From Azolla caroliniana (taxonomy: Eukaryota; Plantae; Polypodiophyta), in contig JBHGNT010000003.1 of NCBI GenBank assembly GCA_043228905.1, forward strand, positions 17,546,001-17,610,000: DNA of 64,000 nt. The letters are read 5' to 3'. Of the stretch, positions 36,059 through 49,318 are shown piece after piece (position 1 is the first letter of the stretch; the number at the start of each line of letters is the position of its first letter). Below the pieces are notes generated by a model. That model had not been told where the DNA came from, made no database searches, and saw nothing but the letters and a program-made list of their open reading frames with translations. A program made the position numbers and the translations under genes.

Positions 36059-38324
36059 TTTTTGCCGTGATGTATTTCAGCTGGCTTCTTTATTCAATAA
36101 GACTTGGCACAATGCCATGCGGTAATACCTCTAAGAGTAGGTTGCTTACAACACACATTCGTCATAAAGTATCAAAGTTCTCTATTTTCACCATTGGATG
36201 TATTCCACTCGGTGCATGTTTATGCCTTGCCTTAGAGAATACGTGTTACTAGGCTTTTTGACTTTCCATAGGGTAAGATATCTAGGATCACCTGTATTTT
36301 GTAATGGAAAATAGCTGATGGCTATCATAAAAAAAGCAATGTTTTGTTAAAAAATAGTCTAGAAAGGCAGTTAATCATGTCTCGATTGCCATGATTGTAG
36401 ACTAGATATGAATGAAGAGAAAAACATGGAATCATGTTTAGAGTGAATAGTAGCGTCTCCTCTTGTTCTTATGGATTCACATTTCTCTTTGAGAAAATCC
36501 ATAGTATATTAAAGGTAGTAATATCAAGGAAGATCAAGGTAATATTACAAAGGTAGTATATGACTTATATTTTAAATACAGAGAAAACTAGCCCCCATTG
36601 TTAAAATGCAAGGAAAAAACATTTGAATTCCTGTTTGATGTAAAAATACACATAAACACTATCTTTTGAATCTCTTTGAAATATAAAATACATACAAAAA
36701 ACTGGATTTGAAGTGGTAATCCAACACAATAGTAATTGGTTTCAGATTGGTTGTGATCAGTGTAATAAGTCAGATTGCATGGTGTGATGTTGTAATTAGT
36801 GATCTCAATTTCCCAAATAGGATTGGGATATGATAAAACATTCAAAATACTTTTATTTTCATGCAATGCAAAATTTTGAAGATATTCAAGTTGAAGCAGT
36901 GAGATCCTTAAAATTTTCCTAAACTATGAGTTATAAAGCTGTAGATGTGACCTTTCTTTTGATGATGTCAATAAGGTTCAATGGTGAAATGATACATATG
37001 CTGTACATACTTTGAATTGCACACATACGAAACAATATTTAGATATATGTATCTATAACCAAAAAACAAAATATGAGCAATCGCTAATCGCTCAAAGTGA
37101 CTTGATGTGTAGTATTTTGAGTCACACTTGGTGTATGAATGAGGGTAACCTTTATAGGAAATGTGAGACATGTACAATGTGTTAAAGGTATAGGAGGTGG
37201 AAGTCAAAACAAACATCATTGAACTTCAAAGAATCCATGCCTATACACATTTGGAAAATAAGAGTGTAACTCAAGGGGATCAAAATAGAATTTGAAGGGA
37301 AGGATGCAAGCCATTTTGGCTACAAAAATACTAGGCCCTATTCATTGACAAGATTTACAAATCTTGAGGGTTATGTTGCACAAATTAGAAAGGAATATAA
37401 AAGGCACAATTATTTCAAGCACAACCTTCTTGTAAACAAGAGCATAATTATACATCACCAATTGTGGAAGGAAATGAAAATTTGAATTAGATTGTACCCT
37501 TGAGACCAAATTGAAGCGTAACAATCATTAGAAAATTGGCCATAAAGATGCTTAGAAGCACCATTGCATGCCTATCGTCGATAAAGGATTTCATACAACC
37601 AAAAACTTAGAATGGACATTTTATTGCTTAGAGGTAGCAATCTCAAAGCTCATATGCAATCTGCCTACATTAAATGATGAATGGTTGTCGTTATAAACAT
37701 TTGAAGGTAGAGTTTTAGGAAATTTTGTGCCAAAAGAGTAGATGCATGTAGAGTGGATGAAATATAAAAGGAAAAGTGAATGGTTGAAAGAAGGGATGAT
37801 AGAAGATGAAGTGAGCACATATTGTTGTAGGTAAAAGGGAGTTCATGGAAATTTGTAACACTTATTGAAGGATTGAACTATTGTGCGAAAAGAGTGAGTA
37901 TGCATAGTCAGTCAACATCATAGGGAAAGAATGGAAGAGACACACATTATATTAATAGAAAAGCAAAGAATCAAAAATACATAATAGGGATGATACGATG
38001 GAACTAATAAGGAAAGAATGAAAGAGTAACACATTATCTTAATAAGTAAAGAATTACAAATACATAATAAGGATGATACAATGGAACTATGTGTTCATGC
38101 GGTTCGAAACAAGAATTTCTTTCATTACAAACTAACTTTAGCATTCTCACCATGGTTGTTGCAATACATTAACTTGCTAATAACCCTAAGTTCTAACCCA
38201 TTCTTTGAATTAACTTAATTCACTCTCTCTATTGACCACTATGAGGGAGTTACTTGGAGTTTCTCAACACTAAAGCTTCCACCCTCAAGTGGTTTAATTG
38301 TACCATATGCATCACTCAATCTAA

Positions 38325-38545
38325 TAAACTCGCCCCTTCATATTAAAATTGTGAAATCTCATGCAATTTAGTTGCTCAAATTCTGACATTATTTGACGCT
38401 TCTACATTTGCTTGTTGGTATTTCTCCCCAAGATGCTTTGTAAAAGCTTCGCAATCTACTTAGGTCCTAAGGTTTTCGTAAATATATCTACACAATTGTA
38501 CAATGAGGAACAATGCTTGAACTTTATTATTTGACAATTCCCCCA
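38325..38545 (-). mobile_element. Old Copia RNase H end/PPT relic
   Basis: The minus strand reads ...VDIFTKTLG (ADIFTK motif), followed by a PPT-like TGAAGGGGC near 38332-38340. Confidence 0.4.
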
Positions 38546-41303
38546 TAAAAATTATCTTGCCTATTTTAGGTTCTCTATGCTCCTACTCACATTCCACATG
38601 TACATGGGTAACTTTGCAACAATGTGGGAACATAAGGTAGTTTAGGAGCCTCAAGAATCAATTGACATTCAACGCTTCTTACATTGTCAACAAAAGGGTA
38701 GATGTTGACCCAAACTTCCCTAATGCAATGATCCCAAATTTAGAGAATGAGCACCCCCATGACGAGAATTGTGTTAGGAGAAGTCTTGTACACACCTCTC
38801 TCTCTTTTTGGAAAAGAAGCTATTTTTCCATTTGTTAGGAGAGATTTTTACAGGAAAGCTATACAAGGTGGCTTATACACACACACACACACACACACTT
38901 ACACTTGTTTTGAATAAACTTCGTAGACAAACAATTCTAACAAAGATATCTCAAAAGAATCATTTAACAATTCCAGCAAAGATGAGGGATGGCTTATCAA
39001 TGCTAAACTATGGAAATAATCATGAGGTCAAATATATTAGATGAGATAGTCAAGGATAGGTAAAGAAACTTGACATCACCCTTGATCATTTACACATTGA
39101 ACAATTACACACCCTGCACATTTTTGTATACATACACTTACTACGTAAACAGAAATCACACTTTTTGCGTAGCTATGGAGGAATAAATCATTTATATTTC
39201 CAAATAGACAGTCATGTGAATTGGTGAACCATATAATTTATCGTGCTCAAATCTAAATGTTCATCATTAAAAGTCAAGCTACATTTCATATGTATGCACG
39301 TTTCATTCGTGATTTTGTCTTGTCCAAGGGGTACATGTTTGCCAGAATAAAGTCATAGTTTATTATATACACGAGCAACATGTTTGCAATTTATAGTTTT
39401 CCCTTGAAGCGTTTTCCCATGAAGCTGGCTTAAAATTTCTCCCCAGTTAAAAATCAAAAGATTTGTGCAACTTAGAGTTTTTGTAGAACATGTGTTTAGA
39501 AATTCACTTTTTACAACAAAAGGTTTAGAGACAATAACATCCTTCCTCTTAAGTAAAAAGTACGAAACCAAGACAATACATAAAGCAAAACATGAGCACT
39601 TTGCCTTTATGCTAGAGACTTTAGACATAGGTACAAACTATTTCCTATAAATTGACATGCTTAATTGGTTGAAAGTCTAATATTGAAATGTGTTGTCGAG
39701 ATCGTGGACACTAATTGTTTGCTCCTGCCAAATGGTTCATGAAATTGAAAGTTCACATTTAATTTCCACCACCCATTCGTTGAAATGGTAACATTGACGG
39801 TGAATCGTGAAGCTAACAAAGAGAAGAACAAATCATATTTCCATTCATGGAATATCGAGACATCGGAACCAAACATTGACAAAGTATGCACATTTCCAAC
39901 CCACCTTTGTAGGCACGTCTAAGCATTAATTAAAACACAAAGATGTTATAAGTGTGTAGTTATAATATGACATGTATAGACTAGTGTAAGATTGACCATG
40001 GTAAACAATGTATGAGCACCACTATATTAACTGACATTGTTTAAGTACATTACTTAATTTGTGGCCGAATCTTGATTAATCGACAATTGCTTAATTAGTG
40101 TTCAACTTTAGATTATTCAACAATATGCTACTTAATTGAGATGTTTGATCATGGCATATTCAGTTTAATGAAATGAAAAGTGCAGTAATCTGGATGTTTG
40201 AGGAAATTCTCTTAGAAAGAGTGGCATTTTGGCCAATCTTCGTCACTCAACCACGTCTTCATATTGAATATGTTGTAAAACTAACAAACTAATATTCTAA
40301 GTTCATCAATACAAAGGTTTTCTCTAGGATGTATTTAGCCACGTGATAACATTCAACTAGATGTAAGCTTATTAAAATGATCGATTATTGCTCTTTAAAA
40401 TCAAGGGGGACTAACCATTTTCCAACTTGGTGCTGCATGGATTTTTATGAGTTTCCTCTTTTTGAGTAAATAAATCCACGAGAGAGTTGGAATTTGGTAT
40501 CATATAGCCACTTTTCTTACGAGAGAACTTGGAATTTTTTTGTCTTATTATAAAACATGTTACTTATTTAACCATTCATGGGTTTTCAATATGAATGCCA
40601 TCATGTACTTTTTGTGCATCATGGTGATTTCACGGTATAATATATGGATATATGTAGATATTTGTTAGCCACGACTCCCTTTATGTTTGATACAATATCC
40701 ATCTTGAAATGTTGTTTTATATCTTGAGCTCAATTTACTCTAGAGTCTAAACTACCAAGGTGGATCTCCTTTTTGAATTTCTTGAACTAAGTTGAGGTTG
40801 CTTTCACGAGAAAACTTGATTTTGGTGAAATTATCCTAAAATTTGGCTTTATTTTCTCATAAATTGGCATGATCATACGCATCATGGAACCCCAAGCAAG
40901 ATCAACAAGAAGAGTACAAAACCCAACAAACAAGTGAGAAAACACAAACCCTTAAATAGATAAAGAGATATGTATTGGAATAAAATGGGAGGCCAAAGAT
41001 GAGCAATAAGAATGGTTTGAGGATTCATCGTATAACATGCCTACCCGTATCATGTGTGTTCAAGGAATATTTGAGAATCTCTTATTTATACTCTCGTTGA
41101 ATTGACACACCAATTTTTTTCCCAATTTGTGAATAGCCCTTTAGATGGCAGTCTTATATACTTATATACTATAAATTTGAATGGCTCTTGTTGTTGAACT
41201 AGCAAGATTGAGGAAGGGAACCTGAATAAACAAATCTATGATACCACCATTCCAAAAATGTAAATGTAGAGGGATTTGTGTCCAACATTTAAACATTCAA
41301 GTA

Positions 41304-41579
41304 CAATAAGAAGCTTGTCGATTTGCATTTCAATAAAGTTACATCCAACATATAGTTCGTAATATGTGGTTTTCAATATAGTTGAGGGTATGTTGCCTAC
41401 AAATAATATACATTTTCATGTGTAGGTTAGTTTGTACAAGCCAATAAAAAGCTTGTCGATTTGCATTTCAATAAAGTTACATCCAACTTATAGTTCGTAA
41501 TATGTGGTTTTCAATATGGTTGAGGGTATGTTTCCTACCAATAATATACATTTTCATGTGTAGGCTAGTTTGTACAAGC
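41304..41579. repeat. 138-bp tandem duplication (2 copies)
   Basis: gcttgtcgatttgcatttcaataaagttacatcc at 41313 and 41451; few differences between copies. Confidence 0.9.
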
Positions 41580-43016
41580 AAGTCTTGCAGCATTTTGCAC
41601 GATCTTGTTTGTGATTGCATGAACTGACAAGGTAGTACAAATTTACATTTACGTCATCACAAATTACTGGGGGGGGGGGGGGGGGGGTTTGGCACATATG
41701 TTTTAATAAGAATGAAAAGCAATGAGATGGATCACCTCCTTTTCAAGAGTTGTTATTTAACCATCAATGATGAATGCTTGGCCCATGTATAGAAAAGTGT
41801 CACTATGCATAGTGATATAAATAAAGATCACAAAGTTGAGATTTGCTTAGGAAATAGGTTTTAATTTACCACAAAACCGCTAAAAATCTCCCACCCTTCT
41901 CATGGTTTCTTATATAATTATGAACCCTCTCCCCCATGTGCTAATTAGTTGACATCATGCTGCTTGTTCTCTCTGGTTTTTTGTCTTGTTATAATTATGT
42001 AGATTCCATGTAGGCATGCTTAGAATACTTGTCATGACCTCAATGTCTCAATGGTTAGATTGGTTGGCTTCTTGAACTTCCTCAACATCTCAACATTTAG
42101 GCTATGCCCATGAGGTGCATGTGTATTTTCGGGCAATCATATGGTAATAAATGGGATTAAATTGGACAAGTGCCACAATGTGAACAATCTTTTGGGTATA
42201 GTTTGAGCAAGAAGGGTTGGTTTGACCCACGTTCGAAACTCCAAAATATTAATTCCTTTTTGTTTGGAAATGAAGCTACATAAATATCTATTTTATTGTC
42301 CTAAAACTAGACGAACAAAAGGTGTAGATGTCTTATTTTTCTCATTAGGAGTATGTGCTTACCATAGCACATTTTCTCTATTTGTAAATCATGTCTCATG
42401 GGTGGCAACATCATTATAAATGTGTTTCACACAATCTTGTAGAGAAAAACCATATTTGATTTTCCAAAGTAGTTGTTCCTAGGTTAGGTTTAGAAAGAGG
42501 AAGTGGAGGGGCTAGCAGGTGACCATATGAATAAATTGCACATGCATAACAATGATGTTTGAGTTAGTAATGAATTGTTGTTTATTTCGTTCATTGGGAA
42601 CATAATGAAAGTAGGATGCGCTTCCATTTCTCCACATGGTGCTTGATTGAGGTCTTTTTACTTGCATGCGTTGACGCCTCGTCTAGGCTTTAAATCAGAC
42701 ACAACATTTTGCGTTGATATGGACATAAACTCATCAGAATGCATGGAGAGTTAGTCATACAACTACAATCTAGACAAGAAGAAAAAAAATCCAAAGTGAA
42801 CAAACAAGTAATAGTGATAAAAGTATTTTTGCAATGCTACCTATCCACTTTTGGGGCATCTCATATGTATGAACAATTTAGATTTCATTTCTACTTCACG
42901 CATGTGTTTGTTTTCGAAGTTTTATATGGAACAATGTGATTACATAGTCACTAATGGCTCTGTATGTGCAATCCATGATCCAGAAGAAACCATATGTTGA
43001 TGAGTGTGTCCCATGA

Positions 43017-43510
43017 CCTAGAAAGCCACATACTCGCGCGTGGATGCATCCAATGGCCCATTAGAGCATTCCAATGTGAGCCAGCGACAGGCATCCATCT
43101 GATTCTGCCTAGAAAGCCACATATGCACGCAATGGCCCATAGGAGCATTCCAATGTGAGCCAGAGAGAAAGGCATCCATCCGATTGTGTGGGGGAGCTCC
43201 ATGGCACAGGAAAAGAGGCATAAATGTCTACCGGTGGTTGTTGCTCCATGGCCTAGGGAAGGCGTCTGTCTGTCCATCCGTCCAACGAAACATGTCTCGG
43301 AAAGCTGAGAGTGTTGCTCCTAGGCCATGTCTCTATGACCTAGGGAAGGCATGCATCCACATGTGTGCATTTTCAACAATGTGGGAAGCTCCATGGCACA
43401 GGAAAGAAAGGCATAAATGTCTACTGGTGGTGTTGCTCCATAGCCTAGGGAAGGCGTTTGTCTGTCTGTCCGTCCGCCCGTCCGTCCACGAAACATGTCT
43501 CGGAAAGCCT
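43017..43510. repeat. Two nested tandem duplications (~90 bp x2 and ~190 bp x2) upstream of GONST3
   Basis: cctagaaagccacat...gagcattccaatgtgagccag at ~43017 and ~43108; agctccatggcacaggaaa...aaacatgtctcggaaagc at ~43195 and ~43387. Confidence 0.8.
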
Positions 43511-44494
43511 GAGGTAGGACAAAGAAACCATGTGCCCAGTGGAGTCTGGACTCCATTCCATGGATGGATGGATGGATGGACTTTAGTATGTATGTATGTA
43601 TATGATTACCTCCTCCTCCTTCTCCTAATTCTCCTTGCTACTAATAATACTCTTTCTCTCCCCTCTTCAACGAGAGATCATCTGTTTCATTCCTCATCCT
43701 ACCAGGTAACCTTCTTTCTTTTCTGCTTCTCCTCCTCCTCCTCCTCCTTTCTTTCTTTCTTTCTTATTTATAGCTTTTGTTGATCTTCTTCTACTTCTTT
43801 TGTATCCTGCACAAATCTGGGCTTAAAACAGTTTCCTTTTTTCATGTTTTTTTTAAGCCTAGAATTTCCATAGCTCGTTTCTCTTTCTCTAAAATTCTTT
43901 GCCCAAAACTGATTTTTTTTTTAAGGCCAGAACTTCAATGGATTCGTTTTTTTTTTTTTGACTTTTATCTCAACAATTTCCGATGCCAATTTTTTCTCCC
44001 GAGTTTTTTTTATGACTTTAATCCTATCAATTGCAAATGGATTCTTCTTCTTCTTCTTCTCGCTTCATTTTCCTCCACTTCTGAGTTTTCATGATTTAAG
44101 TTCTTGATATTTGAATGTGTATTTTCTGAATGTTAAGGACTTTAGTCCCAACAAGTTCAATCGGCAAGTGTTATTCTTTTATTTTTATTTTTGATGATCC
44201 TTGGCTTAAAATCTTCCATAGATATTTATGAAAAATAGTGAATTACTCATTGAAATTCTGAGCTTCTTAAAGTCAAGACCTTTCTCCTTCTTCAATGGGA
44301 GAGTGAGCTGTTTAAATCTCCTGAAAAACCAAAGAAAATTCAGACATTAGTGAAATGACAGCTTTGAAATGAGTGTAAATCTAACAGATCTGTATGCGTT
44401 TAGATCACATATATGAACATGAATTTATTCATATAAAAAAACATTTGATTTACCACAAATATATATAAATAGTGTACGTTTTCGATTCACACAG

Positions 44495-45595
44495 ATGACT
44501 GAATCAAAAGTGGATCGAGATGGCTCATTAGACAACAGAAGAAATGATGACAATTTAGTTACACAAGGGGGTCCACTGCAGTCATGGATTGGGAAGCTCT
44601 CGTTTTGGTTAAGTGAAGCATCAGTTGTTGGGATCGCTCTCGGGTACTGCCTCGCGGCCTCATTACTCTCCATCATCAATAAATGGGCTATCATGAAGTT
44701 CCCATTCCCAGGTCTTCTCACTGCACTTCAATACTTTGTTAGTGCTATGGGTGTATATCTCCTCGGCAAATTGGGCTTCCTCGAGCATGATAAGCTTGAC
44801 CTGAAGATCATGTTAAAATTCTTGCCAGCCGCATTCTGTTTCTACCTTTCCATTTTCACGAATAGCGAGCTTTTGCTCCATGCCAATGTGGACACTTTTA
44901 TTGTGTTCCGGTCTGCGGTGCCTATATTGGTTGCGGTCGGAGAGACATTTTACTTGAAGCAACCATTGCCATCAACCAAGACTTGGCTGTCTCTAATTGT
45001 GATATTTGTGGGGGCGGTGATCTATGTTTTGACTGATCGTGAATTCACGTTGGATGCTTACACATGGGCACTAGCTTACCTAGCAAGTATGTCCATCGAC
45101 TTTGTCTATATCAAACACATTGTCATGACCATCGGTCTCAACACATGGGGATTGGTCTTGTACAACAATCTAGAGGCACTTCTCTTGTTTCCTCTCGAGC
45201 TCCTTATCATGGGGGAAGGCTTACAATTGTCAAAGGAAAAGTTGCATAACTCGATCGATTGGACATCTTTCGATGTGTGGCTACCTGTAGGACTTTCTTG
45301 CTTGTTTGGATTGGCAATTTCTTTCTTTGGATTCTCATGCCGAAGAGGAATCTCGGCCACCGGATTCACGGTTCTTGGGGTCGTGAACAAGCTTCTCACA
45401 GTCATTATCAACCTTATCATCTGGGACAAACATGCATCTTGGGCAGGAACCATTGGATTGTTAACTTGTATTGGCGGAGGTATACTATACCAACAATCTA
45501 CGACAAAGCCAAAAGGTGCTCCACCCCCTGTACCTGCTGAGATTGAGGTTGAAGAGCAACCACTCATGAAGAATGAAGAAGAAAATCAAAATTGA
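44495..45595 (+). CDS. GONST3: Golgi nucleotide-sugar transporter, GONST3/GGLT1-like (GDP-sugar transporter), 366 aa; predicted 5'UTR intron 43706-44494
   Basis: Multi-pass hydrophobic ORF with GYCLAASLLSIINKWAIMKFPFPG, HANVDTFIVFRS, WGLVLYNN and the GVVNK (GxLNK-like GDP-sugar) motif. The AG acceptor directly precedes the ATG. Confidence 0.9.
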   Translation: MTESKVDRDGSLDNRRNDDNLVTQGGPLQSWIGKLSFWLSEASVVGIALGYCLAASLLSIINKWAIMKFPFPGLLTALQYFVSAMGVYLLGKLGFLEHDKLDLKIMLKFLPAAFCFYLSIFTNSELLLHANVDTFIVFRSAVPILVAVGETFYLKQPLPSTKTWLSLIVIFVGAVIYVLTDREFTLDAYTWALAYLASMSIDFVYIKHIVMTIGLNTWGLVLYNNLEALLLFPLELLIMGEGLQLSKEKLHNSIDWTSFDVWLPVGLSCLFGLAISFFGFSCRRGISATGFTVLGVVNKLLTVIINLIIWDKHASWAGTIGLLTCIGGGILYQQSTTKPKGAPPPVPAEIEVEEQPLMKNEEENQN

Positions 45596-46394
45596 TTTGT
45601 TTTAAAGCTTTTTCTCCATTGTTTATTTGGAGGGGGGAGACAAAAAAGCAAGGCTTGTCACCACATGCTTTTGAATGTATAACTGAATGTCTAGTAGGGA
45701 TGTTACAAGTTTTATTCTAATCTTTGGGTTTCTGAGTGGTTTGATTGACAACGATTATTTTCAAGTTACATCCTATCTCTTGTTTATTTTCAAGTTACAT
45801 CCTATCTCTTCACGGATTAAGAATATCATTTTATTTGTTGAGTTTTGAGAATTGAACTGATAAAATGGTTCATTGGATTACTATTAGTGCTTGTGTTTGG
45901 AGACGATTTGAGCAATTAAGTAGCACTCATATCACCTGAATATGGGGTTAGACAAATTGGATCATTCTGATAATGCTGTCAAGCTTCATATCCAGTGATA
46001 CAAGCTGTAACCATTACATCACAGATGATGTGAGGTTATTCTGTTTCATGTGTTTGATACAAATAACAATGCCAATACACTTCTTGTGAATTATTGTGTT
46101 TGATAAGCTACATACGAGCAATGATAGTAAATGATGATATATGCTTGTGTAATGGACTATGCAAGTGGATAGTCATACATGTGTAACAAATCTAGATTTC
46201 AACCACGATGATTTCATTGCTTGTGGTTGCGTTTGATGCTCATGGATTGTGCGTGTTGCAATAACACGTGCATGCATAATTTTGTGACTCTTAGTTTGAT
46301 GAAAATTATAATGCTCATCTCAATTGTGAAAATGTCAGATGTTCAAGTGTATGTGCTTATTATGGGGTTTGATGTTTTAAGCATGTAAATCACG

Positions 46395-46519
46395 ATGGCA
46401 ATATCAATGTCAAAGTGCAAATGCATGTCATTCATGATATCTCAATAATTTTAATTGGATATCATTATTGAGACATCCTGGGTCACATCCATTTGTACAT
46501 TGACATTGATATTTGCCAT
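46395..46519. repeat. Imperfect inverted repeat, ~55-bp arms, ~14-nt loop (MITE-like or hairpin RNA)
   Basis: atggcaatatcaatgtcaaagtgcaaatg...ctcaataat pairs with attattgag...catttgtacattgacattgatatttgccat. Confidence 0.75.
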
Positions 46520-48775
46520 GGTTTGATTAGGGCTTACAATGTTTTTGAACTTAGGATATGTGAGAGGATAATATTCAAATGTACAAATTTACCATTGGAT
46601 TTGCATTTCTCATGTGAGAAGGATTATGTCCAAACCCATTGAAGTTGAGGAGGGTGAACCTAGAAAATATTGATAATTTGGTGTTGTTTTAATTATCGAA
46701 GAAACTTCAATGTACAAGTTTGAAACCACTGTAGTAATTTTTTCCATTTTCAACCCATTTAATGCTAAGAAATTATTGTTGTGGAAACTTATAAAACTTT
46801 GGTACAAATTTCCTTAGAAGCATTTAAAGGTGGCCATCGATGTTACTAGGAAAAGGATTCCTATATAATTGTTCTTATCAATGCTTTTACATGGAATTTT
46901 GCATGATATATTCGGAAGTGTCAATGAATCTATCAACAAATTATGTGAAGCTAAATGAGTAAAATGGTCCTATGTGCACACTTATCCTAGATGCAAGTAA
47001 GAGCTTGACCCTTGCAAACAAATGATTTGGTAGAAATTTAATATAACTTTTATTGTTATAGAGATCACCATATGTATAGTAGAGTGTTGAGACTCAATAT
47101 ACATAACACATCTCAATGATTCTTGTAGCTAAATCTTCACTAAGAGCTTTGAACTTGTAAAATCCCTTCTACTAAAAATTCCACCACAAGTAAAAATCTC
47201 ATAGTTATGACCTCGAGGAACTATGAATGTGGAATAAACATCAGATATAGTATATTTGGCGAACAACTTGCAAACAAACAAGCCATTATACATCAACTCC
47301 CATGCACAATAGATAATATGCATGTCCATCCCCTTGTAGTCATAACTTTTATGTTGTGTGTCCAAACCTATTTCTAGGGCAATCTTCAAATAGTCCCACA
47401 ACACTTGATAGTCGTGACATAACATCTCCACTAAAAGATCAATCATCATCCTTATTACTTAATGACAATGTTTGGAATCTCCTTCCAAACCGTTATACAA
47501 CAACTCCCATGCACAATAGATACATGCATGTCCACCTTGTTGCACAATTGGGAGAGATCAATTGGGAGGATAAAAGCACAATGTCTAGGATACGATCTAG
47601 CTCTTAACTATCAAAGAGCTTTGGAATTCCACACTAATGAAAAATATTATTTTTGATAACCATGACAACAAAAGGTGACTTGATACATCTACTAAGCACC
47701 CATGCATGATTAAAAAAGCAAACTCTAAGTTTAACAAAGTATAATGCCAACACTATGTGTAATTATTGTACTTTACCTAATCTAGAAAATACAAGAGCTC
47801 TATTGCTCATAATCCTTACATAAATTTCAACTATTTTAATACAAAAATTGACGGGACTTTTTTGCTTTGAAAAGTATAAATGAGAGACATGCTCACATCT
47901 TGGTGCAAATCTCCCAATCAATATAAATTTTGAACTAGTTTTTTTTTATCAATTTGTGTGCATTGGTCATTGCTTTTGTTTTTTGTATGCTTTTGTCAAT
48001 TGATATAATTCTCAATCCAACTTTGCTCTTGGATAAGTCTTGATGTTTCTCAATGTTTGCGATAAGGTCATGCCATGACACTGTTGGTCATGCATTGTCA
48101 ACACATTGTCATGAGCATCTATTAAATATACCATATATATATAATACCATAATCATCATGAATGTAAATCCATGACCGTAATTGTATATTTCAAAGTTTT
48201 AACCAATTGCTCATATTTTATATATAATTGTTTAACTTTTCATAGAGAATCTAGGTTATACACATTATTATGAGATGTCGCCACCTTGCATTTGCTAATG
48301 CATGATTGTCAAATGGCATGCCTACATGAATGCCAAGTGGCAATCATGCATATATTTGAGGTGGCAAGCATGCATGCATTCAACCATGCTATAGAAGCAG
48401 GTGCCCTAGTTATTGATGAACCATTTTGGTTAAATTCTAGTCTTCAATGTATTCTTATAATCTTGTTCTTCTCGTTAATTCACTTACATTCTTTCTCATT
48501 TCCCCATTCTTTGCTTATTCTCATGTTTGGTTCAATCTCATTCTTGGCTATGAACCTAACTGTTTAAACTGGTATACTCCCTCTTTTTCTTTGAGAGTTT
48601 TTTCAAGCTTTATAATCAAAATGTAGTCTAGTAGCAAGTGAGAGTACATGCACACTCTCTTTTAACTTGATTTTCTATCAACTAAATTCATGGTATTAGA
48701 GTAAGAAAACCAAAGACTTACTGGGGATTTATGAGAACTAATGTGGAGAAGGCACCACAACCTAACGATGATATC

Positions 48776-49318
48776 TGTAAAGAAACGAGAGTGATTATCT
48801 GCAGCAGAAGAGATATGTGTGTGTGTAGAGAGAGAGAATGAGAGATCTCGATGTATATAGAAAACAAGTAGAGACTATATTATCAAAGAAAAGATTACAC
48901 GAATGACCAACGATTACAAATAAGGTGGGAAGGTGCTTATATAGTCACCTTCTCTCTATATTCTCTTTCTACAACCACCTCTTCACTAAAGGGAGGTGGA
49001 GAGTTAACTACACTGAATATGTGTCATAGAACTATAAGATTCTATGACACACTAGTCACTAGGGAAGTTGAGTTTGATTCTCAACACGCTCCTTCAAATG
49101 CAACTTCTGAACGCCGAAAAGTTGGTTTGGTTTGGTATTTGATAAGGTCGAGTCGACTTCGGCTTTTCGTTTTTGGATTATTTCGGCTCGACTGAAATCG
49201 GCTTCGGTTTCGGCTGGCCAGTATTGTTCTACACTATCATACTCCCCCTCAAGCGCGGTTGGTCGATGATTGATAGACCGAGGTTCGTCGCGAACTACCG
49301 CAACTTGTCACTTCCAGG
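48776..49318 (-). mobile_element. 3' end of an older Copia (Copia-D): LTR 48776-49086, PPT and RNase H C-terminus
   Basis: The LTR TGTAAAGAA...GATTCTCAACA resembles the Copia-C LTR. The minus strand at 49241-49316 encodes GSDKLR..TNLGLSIIDQPRLRGS (end of pol). Confidence 0.8.

Noticed and set aside
43184-43783. 199-aa ORF upstream of GONST3
   Set aside because: Produced by tandem repeats and low-complexity leader/intron sequence.
45106-45567. Antisense ORFs over GONST3, PDX1 and the retroelement pol genes
   Set aside because: Shadow ORFs on the opposite strand of real coding sequence.
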